From a virus, in the IMG/VR virus record IMGVR_UViG_3300025110_000007, positions 26,221-90,220 of that record: 64,000 bases of DNA; one strand, given 5' to 3'. The translations under genes were made by a program, and so were the position numbers. The notes beneath the pieces were generated by a model. The model made no database searches. It saw only the letters and a list, made by a program, of their open reading frames with translations, and was not told the DNA's origin. This document shows positions 9,401-21,400 of this stretch, piece after piece (position 1 is the stretch's first letter; the number at the start of each line of letters is the position of its first letter).

Positions 9401-12400
9401 ATCCGGGTGTAGTCTGAATGAACATGTTGGGGTGGTAGGGCAAGGTGCGTCTGCTAAATGCAGGTGATGTAGTCTCTTCTACACCAAGAGCGTTGTAGTT
9501 GGCCAATGGAGGCAGGTTTGTGAATTGGCTGGAGGCATCAGGCTCAAGGTCGAGCATAATTTCATTGAGCATAATTTCACAACCTCTGACATCCGCCATG
9601 GTTGCCTCTGCCAAAATCAAGGTATAGGCACCATTTGTGTTGCTCCCGTCATCGTGAGCGATGGCGACCACGGTGTTCACCTGTTGCCCTGTCAATTCTG
9701 TGACCTTAGTACCAGATTCGGATGGGGCCTTCACTGCGTCTGAATGGTTGCTGTGATAACCAGAGAATTGTTGCTTGAACACATTTGGCTGAATAATAAT
9801 CTGATATGCTCCGACTTCCATAGGGTCAGGGAAATGGTCGTTGAGAGTGTAGGAACCAGCCGCCTCTAACACAATGGAGTGGCCTCCCTGTGAATTAGTC
9901 GTGCCTGCACTACCTTTCGATGCGGCTATCCCGTAGCCGTCGAATTTGACTTTGGTTTCAGTCAAGAGAGTGAATGCCCCGCCGTGTATGTCAGAAGGTC
10001 CGTATGGTGCAGACGCACCTGAGAACCAAACCAGAGGGTCACGAGGATTAAGGCGTTCAAGTAAGTCGTTGCCGCTGTATTCAGCGGACATGTCCTCCTC
10101 AAAGGTTGATGATGTAGTAATTCGACTTGCTTGACCAAGATTGTAAAGTCGTTGATACGCAGGGTGAGCATAGTGCCCCGGCATCAAAGCCATTGTTGGT
10201 GTGACATAATGATGGCCCATGCGTGGAATAGGCATAGGCGTCATCTTGGGTGCACTCAGAGCAGTGTGTGGAGTCCCGTTGACGGCAGTCCAGTCAATGG
10301 TCTTCATGTCTGGGCTGGCCCCGCTGTATTCACTGTGGTCCCGCAACCGTCGAGAAGCAAAGAAACGAGTGCTACCAGCAGGCATGAAGTATGATGGTAC
10401 AACCTTGAGTCCGGTTTTACCAGTCACGAAAGAAACAAAGTCTGGACTGTACACAACGCCTGTGAATTTATTCGTCCCTGTGTTGGTGTAAGAGGCTAAA
10501 ACACCCTTGTTGGTCGTAGGGTCGTACACTCGTAAGAACCAGCGACCGCCGCTTGATTCTCCGTTATCTTTCCATGTGTCATCTTCCGGTGTACTACCAA
10601 CTGTGATTTCAGTACCTGAGTAGCCACTGTAAGTCAGTTCATCAACATCATAGCGGTGTGTCATTGTGACACCGACACGAGTCACATGGAATTGTAAAGA
10701 GCGGTCATGGGGTTCGTATGCTGTGTTCAAAGGAGCGTTGTCAGTGTGTGACTCCCAGCCCTTTGAAGAACTGGCAGGGAACGCCAAACGGTCATCAGAA
10801 AGGTCCGTACCGTCTTGCGACAGGTGTTCCCAACCATTGTTCTCCCAAGTAGGCCAAAGCCTCGGCCCATCGTAGGTTTCTTTGAATGTATCAGTTATAG
10901 ATGGCTGTGCTTGAGCAGGGTGCATCAAACCACCAGAGCCCATGGTTTCGTTTTGGTAAGCCTGTATTCGGTCAAAGCCCGGTCGAACAATGATGTTGCC
11001 GGGAATTTCATCAGCGTTTGGTAGTCGAATCTTCATGTTGGGTGATATACCAGACCCAGCGATAGCGGGGGACAAGCCCTCTATGTCACGGTCACTTACA
11101 TGTCTGAAATCCATGATGACTGTGCCCAAAGGACTGCCACCCTCAAGACGGTGTTCTTGGCCTGTGTCATCAACAACTTGCATGCTTTCAAATTGCAAGT
11201 GCTCGTTGGGTATAATCAGAGCGTTTTCCTTTTCGTTGATGTGCTTCTGTGCCAATTGAGGATGGCTCAGTTCCTGTGCTTGGATGATTGGGAACATAGC
11301 ACTGTTCGTCGACTCAAAAGAGAATCGACAATTGCCCAGAATCTTTTCCCCAACTGTCTTGTAAGACCCGCCGTCTTTGCGAACAGTCCAAGGTATCATA
11401 CCAAGGCCACGAGCATTTGATGCAGGCATGGTTAAGTTGCCTCCGTCCATTCGTTTCCATACTATGTGCTCTTCTGTAAAGTTGCGAGCCGCACTTTTTG
11501 TATCGTAGTACTTGTACAATCCTGCTGATGTTTCGTAGTATTCTGTACGAGAAGTGATTCCTGTGCACTCCTGTACCAAAGTATCTGCCAGAGTATGCAG
11601 TTGGTTGGTAGACATAATAGATTTGTCCCAAAACAAATCTCCTGTTGGGCTTTGACAGGGGTCTGCCCTGCTAACATGGCTGGTCGAGGTGACCCTTGCA
11701 TTTGGATAAGCAACTGTATCGACATTCGGATAGGCTGTGAAATCTGTGCTTGCTCTAATGTTTGCTTCGACATGAGGCCCTGCTGTGGCAGGAGCATTGT
11801 ACCGGCTCTTGTTGTGAACCTTGTTTATGCTCCAAGCCTGTGTACCTGCTCTCAAGATGTTGCCGTCTGCTTTGACAGAAAGCCAGTCACCAGATGCAAT
11901 GATGCCATCTCTGTCTGTTTTGGCTATGAGAGGTAGTTCACTTTCATGGCTGACTGCTACCAAGTGACGGCTGGATAAGCCATGTACACAAAAATCATTG
12001 GCTAACGATGAAGGCGTGTCTGTTATACCGATAGGTGGAGATGATGCCAAGCAGGTTTCAGCGGAGCCATAAGGAGCAAAGCCCAAGAACGGATGCCAAG
12101 CCCCGAGTCCAGCAGGGAATTTGGTTCCACCAATTGAGGTACCGTTGTAGGAATTCAGATACGAATATGCCTCTCCTGCCCACCCAACTGCCCCTATGGG
12201 TTTGGTACGGTCAACTGCGTCCATAAAGCCGTTGAAGTGCACCTGTGTCATGTGTTCACGAGATTGAGTCGTGTTGTTGTATTGATGTGTGCCCGCTTTA
12301 GTCCAAACATAAACGACAGCAGGTCCGTTGTCACCGTTCACTTGAGCGGCCGCTATTGCCGCTTTAGTTGTAGGGTCAACCAGATTCGTACTATTTGTGA

Positions 12401-15400
12401 TACCATTTTTACCAAGAGTAAATGTTGCACCAGTATAGGAAACATAAGGTGCAAAGGCCGATTTAGTGCCGTTGCTTATACGCAACCAACCGTATGCTGG
12501 TAGTGTAGTTGGTAGGGTTCCTGCGGCTTGCAAAGTAGCGGCGGCTCCATCTTCTGCGGTGTAGCCGTCTGGTTGCACATCGAGAGCCACCCAACCATAG
12601 CGGTCTTGCTTGCCTGCATGTTGCATAGTCGGCAAGAAAGTACCACCAATAGCCTTGAGGGGGTCTATACCGGGGAATGTGTTGATACCTGCGGCAAGTA
12701 CAGCGGCCAGTTCTTCTGCGTTCTGACAGCGTGTGGCGTCGATGACAAAGATATTGCCACCAATGTCTCCATTGGAATAGGCTTTGGCAAGTGCACTACT
12801 CACACGGAAAACGGATGGATTACGAGTATCTCCACTACCTGTTGCCAATCGATTGGTTGATGACGGGTTTTTTACATTGCGGATAATGTGGTTATCTAAG
12901 AAATGACCACCGGGGTGATAGCCTCCATCCATGTGCCAAAGGCTGTTAGACGCTCTGGTGTTGGCTATGGCTCCTATGAAAGTACCTGCGTAATTCTTGA
13001 ATACATCATCGAAAGGATGTGCGTATGCAACAGGACTACTTGGACCAAAGTGCGTATCATAATATCGCCCCTTTCCTGCCCCTTGTCCATAGAAGCGAGA
13101 ATTAGGCATACCCTTAGTCGGTTCCCAATTAAGAATCCAGTTGTAGCCTGATATGTTGCTGGCTTGATACTCTTTCGTAGGTGGTAGGTTAGCAGAGAAG
13201 CCGTAAAGCGTACTGCCGCCATGAGAAATTAGATTGGGTAGGAACGATTCTCCGGCAGGGTGAGTGCTCGGTACTGCGCTGTACCCGTTTCCTGTTGTGA
13301 CTATGTCAGACAACTGTGGTTCATACGATTGGAAGTTGTGAGGAACTGCTTGCCCCGGACCAAAAACCAGATATGTGGTAGCATCATTTGTGGCTGATGT
13401 GGTCGAGTAGCGTGCGTGAGGATGAGAAAAGCGCAGTACGATTGGGCTTGGGCGGTTGCAATTGACTGTCTTCCCACCGCCTGTGTATGTGACTCCTGTT
13501 GAAGAAGCGTTCGTGTTATTTCCAGCATCCAAGTCAGGACTCAGCATAGCGTCCTTGTTAAAGAAAGGCGGATAATGTTGTCCATTGTGTTGATTAAGAT
13601 ACGGTGTACCGGGGAACATAGCCAACATAGCGTTGGTATCGATGAGTGCATAGGAACCAGCGGCCTCACCTACATTCTGCATACCAGCAGAGCCAGTCGG
13701 CCCAGATGAGTATGGGTGAGTGTAAAATTCCTCATAATCGTTTTGTGTTCCATCGTTGATGTCAAGAGTGACTCCAGAGAAACCACCACCAAAGTACAGA
13801 GGTACCCACCTGTCAACACTGGAACGACCGCCACGGAAGTATAGGAATGGCTCCCCGTGATGGCTACCTGTTGTGCGAATACCGTCACAGTCATGGAATT
13901 TCAAAAGATTAGCGTGGGCTACAAGTATATCGTCAGCGGCAAGGTTGGTGACAAAGTCAGCCGAATGATTGAGCAAATCCAATTTGTTTTCAGCGGCTCC
14001 TGCTTTGCTGACTGCTCTGGCCCAGTCTGTGTCACCTCTCCAAAAGACAACCTCTTCGCTCCAAGCATTAGAGTCGTCAGATGCGGGAGTCATGGCGAGG
14101 TAAAGATACTCGTTAGATGGAAGCACCAAGTGGTCAGGTGTGGTGCTTGTATCTTTGGAAGCAATGTTGACCATCACAGTGTTGATGCACGGCGTGATTC
14201 GGTCACCGGGCAGGCGAATGTAAGTGTCTCCTCTGAGATTGTCACGCCACTGCTTGACATTGACAGAATCGTTAAGGCTGTCAACAAGTACAGGGGTTGC
14301 AGTGTTAGCGTTAGGTCCACGATACTTTGTAGTGATATGAAGAACAGTGGCAGGGATGTAGCCTACATCCAGTCTGACACCAGCCAAAATCTCTGCTTCG
14401 GTCAAACCGCCCAAGTGATTTGTCCCTGTTGCCAGATTGCTTGCCGCCGCTTGAATGCCCCAATCCTTGCCGACGGACGATTGGAATAGGTGTCGCAGAG
14501 GTGTGACTTTGTGTTTGGAACTGTGTGCCTTGATGCGTATAGCATCGGGCGCTACACCCCACTCTCCCAAAGTCTTCCCGTCTGGAGCCAAGTAAGATGT
14601 ACAGTCGAATGAAGTGGCACTCACATCTTCGGTGTTCGGGTCTTCCATGTTGATGGCATGATTGACTGCCGCCGCAATCACTTCGTCAGTGAGGAGCGAA
14701 GTGAAGTTGATACGAGGGCTAAAGATTCGTGTGACTGCGCTGGAATAATCTGAACTAATGTTCTTAACCCCGTACAGGTAATGAACACCAGAAGCACCAG
14801 CCTTGGCGTAATGAGAGCGGCTCGTGTAGTAGTATGTTTCTCCATTGTTTGCTGTGCCAGCAACATCGTTTAATTGGATAAGTCCACTGTCGGGTAGGCC
14901 AAGATAACCCAGAATATCAGTGTGTGCTAAATTGCTACCAGTGCCGTAAGGAGCGGCTAAAATAATTTTGAAATTGTCATTTGAGCCGTCTTTTTGGAAG
15001 GTAGCAGATATGCCCACAGCAGGTGAATTGTAAGTGTTCCAAAGATTGCCACGGAATGATTGTTTTGTACCACCAGTGTACTGGCCACAAACATCACCTT
15101 TGCCGCTGATGTGTTTTCCTATGGTAAAGCCACCCTGTCCGACATCACGGTCATCAAAGTGAATAATGACCTCGTTGTCCAATGTAGGCGGCAAACGAGT
15201 CAAAGAGTTGCCCAAAGCCTCACCATATTGCTTGTACGCCATTCTGATGGTGTGACTATCTCCCCTGTGGTCAACCATGCGAATGCCGTATAATTGCCCT
15301 GTACCCATCTTGTCAGGTCGAATGTCATCATCTGGTATGTAGCCACCGCCACTTTGGTTGACAAGACCGTGTTGCTTGGTACCAGCGGCTAAATCTTTGT

Positions 15401-18400
15401 CGCCGTAAATGTAATCGTAGCGGGTGGAAACACCATCTCTTCCCATTCCCCACTTACCAGCATCAGGTGCCCAACCCGGAATGCCTGCTTGCGTCAATCC
15501 GCCGAAGTTGATTCGGGCCTTTGCTTGTGTTCCTACTCGCAGACCTTCGACGAGAACCTTCCCATCTGACTTGGGCTCAAAACTGGAATTGAGGATAGTG
15601 TTGCTACTGCGACCAGTGGCGTGCTCATCTGTTGAGTGAGCATTGATTGCGCCCGAGCCATGTACTTCTGGACCAAAGTCAAGTGTGTTTTGATAATCCG
15701 CATCGACTTCCTCCATTGGGATGTATTCTCGGAGAGTAGTGATTGGAGCGAACGGCCGACCGAACTTGTTGATTGGCATTGGTGCAGGGTGCATGTTTTC
15801 GCCGTCCATCTCATCTGGCTGGCACCAGTAGTTGCGGAAGCGTCCTCCGTGACCAATAAGATACTCCGGTCTGTACGGAGCCTGTCCGTTGGAATTATCC
15901 ATCCATGCGCAGAAGTTGCGACCCGACGCACCGGGCACGGTTGAATGAACTACGATTGAGTAGCCTTTCTTGCCTTCTGCACTATTGACAACCCGGCCAA
16001 GGTGAGCACGCATGTACCCCATGTGCGTACCTCGGTCATGACTGCCGAAAGCCGTATCAGAATTCCAGAAGGGAGCAGGGTCGTGTGTCGAACCAGTAGC
16101 GGCAAAGTCTGCTTTTTGATGTGGGGCGGTAGGGTCTTTGCGAGGATTGGTGCTGGTTGCTGAATGACCTTTGCCAAAATCAAACCTGTCTGCCTCACCC
16201 AAAAATTGGTCAGCCGGTCGTCGAGCGTGAGTTCGACCTGTCTTTGCTCCAGCCTGATTGATACGGCGGACAACCTCTCTTGCGGCCGCTTCGATGTCAG
16301 TGATACCTTGGCGGACCCCTATTTCTCCAAAGTCAAGAGTGAGGCGGCGTACAAAATCCATTTGATTCCAATGTGGTAAATGTTGCAGGCGACTTTCTTC
16401 ATGTCCAGACAAATCAAGAGTCGAAGACCGAATACCTTTCATTGACAAAAAGGCAGGAACTACTCGTGTACCATCAGGAGTATCGAACAATGTTGATACC
16501 TCGTCAGAGGAGGAGTCAATTTGCAAGTGGGTGTCTTCTGGTGCACCGTATTCCGTGACTGCATCATTTGTTCTTCGCATAGTTGCAATGACATCGGGTA
16601 CATGATTATGATAACCTGTTGCATGTGTGGCAATTGTGACATTGAGTTGCCCTGAATTCATGTGCGCCATAGCCGCCTCCATAAATTCGGACTTAGCAGT
16701 TGAGGCCGTTTCTTTGTGCTGACTTGGAAAACCGTTAGCCACATCAACGGGTGTTTTGACCTCGGCTGTTGCGGGACTACTTTGAACTTGCATCCAAAGG
16801 TCTTGGAAAGCAATGAACTCACGGTCATGAGCGACATCGTAAAGCAACACACGGGCATAGTCTTCTGTACACTGATACGGGTCCAGATAAGCCACGGTAG
16901 GAGCCAAAGTAGCACTGAGCCCCAGTGCTTCGTAATTCAACTCAATCGTTTTGTTGATATGTTGTACGAAGTTGCGGCTCGTTTCTAAGCAAGAATTACC
17001 AATCAGGAAATTTTCCATGGGTATGCTCTCACGAGGCGTAGTTGCAAAATCACCTTCACCGCCAAGGAAACCTGACCAAACTTGACCTTCGTTCAAAGTA
17101 CCTCGGCTTTTACAGAAAAGTCCCTCCACTGAGTGCGGGTTGGTGTATTGCATGTTCATCCAAACAGTATCTCCATCCCTGAGTCCACCGGGGCAAAATG
17201 GGTTAGCCCATTTACTGTTGAGCAATTGTGTATCTAATGTAGTAGGTACGGTGGAACCAGTAGCACGGAAATCAACAAGCAAAATTTCAGTACCTGCACT
17301 CGGATTGAAACCGCTATCAATTGAAATCAGAGAAAGGACATTGCCAGTGCGTGTTTTGTAATGAGCGTATTTGTAAGCACTTGCAGTGTTATCGTAGTAC
17401 CGAACCCGATATGCATGTGTGCTGTGAGAGGTGGTTGCTGGCCATGTTTCGGATGATTCAAGAGTAAGATTCGGACTACTGAAAGCCTCAACAATGCCAC
17501 GGGCTCTTTTGTTTTGTACATGAGGTAGGTGTGGGTTTGTGGTTGGTCCTGAACGGAACTCAACAGCAGAGACATACTGTTTCAACCCATAATCTATGTT
17601 GCCACCCTGTGTCATTACATTTGCACGGTCGTAATAGAACTCAGAACGCTGTTCAAACCCTGCGCTTGATAGTGTTGGATTGTCAGCAATTGATGCGTAA
17701 TTCATGTTTTGAATGCCTTGAGCAGGGGAAATTCGACTGCCTACTTGGTAATCACGAAGGAAGTTAGAAGAGAACGCCCATGCATCATCCGCCGCCGCAT
17801 TGCCTGCAACGGTCAGATAATTGTTGGTTGTATCAATTGCGCTGTAAATCACCCACTCGCCATTCTTTGTAAAGGCAGAACGGAACCTGAGTGCGCCTCC
17901 GATGCCCCCTATGACAACAGGAGCGGCCGAGGGTATTGGGAAAAGGCTTGCGTCTTTCACATAGATGCGTCTGTTAGCACTGTCGTACTCAGCACTGATG
18001 GTTGTACCACGCTTGTGTTTCTTTTGAGATACAGGAAGAGAAAACGCACTGTTGACTTGTGGGTCTTCTGGTGCCACGCTCTTTGGTCTTCGACCAACAG
18101 GGTTAGGGGCCCATGTAGGGGCAGTGTAGGTTGCATCAAGATGCAACTTCATGCTGTTATCAGGACCGGGGAACACACCCGCATCAGGGTCATCGAAAAA
18201 GAAATCCTCAAACAGGGGGAACTCAATCATGGCTCGTGTACTGGCATACTGTGTGCCCAACTGATAATCGTGTTGTACAGTGTCCAGTGTTTGGAAAAGT
18301 CTGTCGTTGACGGTCGTGCCATCAGGAGCAATGGACTCTGCGTTAAATTTGTCATCCACCTGCAAATAGCCACCGATTGCAATTGCTGTCCCTGTCTTCC

Positions 18401-21400
18401 AATCTGCAAACGAGGCGGCTTCTGTACCATCAAAGAGAATGAATTTACCTGAGCCTAAATGCGTTGAGCCAGAAGCAAATGTGAATACGCTTCCTGTCTT
18501 TGATGCGTATTCGGCTGAGGCAAACAACTGATTGTCTGCCCCTTCGATTCCGGGCTTTTGCAGGAAGATTTTTCCTATCTTTGGAAAGCAGTAAGTTCCC
18601 CACGATGCAAGGTCAGTGGCGTTATTATTGAGCGGTACGACTGTAATGGTTGTGCTACCAAGCGCACTTACCTTCGTCGTACAGTCCCGACGAGTCGACC
18701 AGCCAACACGGGCTGTTGGACTCGGGTCCCAAGTCGGCTTAGTATTGACCGCTCCTTGCCCTACTCCACCCATAGTCATCGTGACTACTGGGCTACCGGG
18801 CATAATTTCCTTGACAATGTGTGAATCAGGAGCACCGTCACCCTTGACATTGACAGAATTGGATAAAGCGTCTGCAACCAAACCGTGTGCTCGCAGGACT
18901 GTGTCGCTCTCACCATTGCTGTCGAAGTCAATGACCTTCCCACGACCGACAACATACTGGACAATGACCGTGTTGGGTTCTGAATCGTCTTTGTTTGTCA
19001 GCATCTTTGTCAGTTGGCTGAACCTACGACGGTCAGATGGCTGTACGACAACACGGGTTCGACCGCTCTTTGTACGATGACCTATGATGTCAAACACTTC
19101 ATTGACAGCAGTACTTTGATTTGTTGAACTGACGGCCTGCATTAGAGGTTGATGAAACAATTCCTCATTATCTGCTACTGTTCCGGCAATACCTGCGCTG
19201 ATACCAATGGCTGTGGAAGATATGCTTGTAATTGCACCAAGCAACAAGCCCTTTTGAGTGTACACATTGAGTCCTACTCCAAATTTGGTAGTAGCGTCAA
19301 CACCATCGACTGTGATTGAAGTAGCACTTGCCGAATAACCTCCGCCATTGTTGACGAGTACGCCTGTACGAGGACGCATGTCTTTCTTGAACTCCGCTTG
19401 GAAGTTTCCAGATGCTTCTAAATTTGGCGTGATTTGTTCATTATCCGATGCTGAAATTAGCAATTTATGGAAAAATGATTTGTGGACGGTGTTATCGTAA
19501 AGCGCAGATGCAATCACCTGCGGTGCTTTTTGTACAGAATCAGACGAATGTAGTGGAAGGTAGTTGTCAGGGGTTAGAGACACATCTAATTGCGTTTCTG
19601 CGATAGTACCTTCCGAATCATCGCCTACAAGCCCGCCGTCCTCGATGTAAAATGATGAATCAGATTCAAATTCCAACACGCCGCCCGGTGCATAGAGAAC
19701 TGCTGTTCCAGCAGATATGTCTGAATGAATGAGGTCAACCATCTTAACGCCTGATGCCAACTGCGTGTTGCCGCTTGGAATTGTTTTTTCGACTAAAAGA
19801 ACACTGCCACGCAACGACACATTGACAATTGCCCCCGTGACTGCGGCAGTTTGGAATGCCGATGTAGGAGCAGAGGAAAATGTCAGCGTCTTTGCGCTGT
19901 GGTCGAGTGTGGCCGTAATAGACGAGGCACCTGCCACCTCTCCTGCTATGCTGATGTAATCAGCACGAATGGTAGTGCCTGTTTTGCCAAAGGCTTCTGT
20001 GCTTTGAAATTTAATTACATTGGAAGAATAATTGTGAGTCAGTCGTCCTGTGGCGGCATGTTTCATACCCGTACCTGCAAAGTCGATTGCATTGTAATGT
20101 ACCTGTACGAATGGAGCGTAGTCGTATGTTGAAAGGCTGGGCACATTAAGAATCGCCACCCTTGACTCAGTAGACGGAGTCATGTGACGAGTGTGTGCAT
20201 CACCCGTGGGAGAAGTGTCGCCCATGTTTCTCAAAGCAAATGGCTCTGCGTCAAAACCATCCCCACCTATGGCAAGAAGGGCTCGCTGAGTATCGTCGAT
20301 GCCAGCCATTCCGTTTTCAACAGCCTGAGTTGGAACAGAGGAAAAGGTCAATCCTGAAACATCGTATGGTCCAAACAAGTCATTGAACACAACAGGACTA
20401 CCGGGTGGGACAGAGTCTGACAAATCAGCGTACTGTGCGGCAAAAGATGCTTCCATTACCTGCGCAACAGCGTCAACACTCTGCTCAACATAAGCGGCCT
20501 TGGGCGTTGGCATCGTACCCATGAACGGGTGACCGGGGATATGATTGAGTGTGTGTCGACCTGTGTGGCCTATGAGGAAATTGTCGGCCATACGAGTGGT
20601 TGCAGAGAACTTTGAATAGCCGTTATCTGTTGTTGCCATTGTTAGGGCAAACAGCAATCCGTGATTTTCAAAGTCACTTTCGTCGATGAGAACTTGTCCT
20701 TGGCGATGAGAGAACTGTGTGCCTGTACCAGCAATCTGATACGGCTCTCCTGTACCTCCATCAACCAAGCAATCGCCTGTGACAATGGCTCCAATGCCTG
20801 CACCGTGTGCCATAAGCAGACCTCTGCGGCCTGTACTGGCGTTGCTTGCATAATCCAAGTGAATACTTTCGACGGTCATTGTACCAGCAGACGCATCCAC
20901 TGCGGTGATTCGTACACGCTCAGGTGCTTCTCGGTTGGGAATGCCTGTGCTTTGATTGTACCCAAGTGGATTGATGAGCAGGTTGAATGGTACATGTGGT
21001 ACACTGACAGTTGTCGATGACCCGCTGGTAAAGCGTTTAACACTGTACGAGCCGTTTGATTGGGGAGATGTGGTCAGGTCCACCGAAGTCAGACCGCTTT
21101 GTCCAGTGAACTCGTCGACCAAGGTCTGTGCCAATGTGGTACCGATTGAAATGGATGATGATGCTCCTGTCGAAGCCGATAAAGAAGGTAGCGTAATACT
21201 GGTAGCAATGGGTTCAACAGGTTCTTCAAATCTCCAAAGACCAAGAGTTGAGTCGTTCTTGACAGGCAAAGACAAATCGTGACCAGCATCGGATGCTCCT
21301 CTGCTCCAGTGCACGGCCTCGATAGTGCCACGATATTCCCCTCCTGTACCACCAATGCTGAGTTGCGTAGGATGAAGAGCCAGTTCGTGTTCTTCGTCAA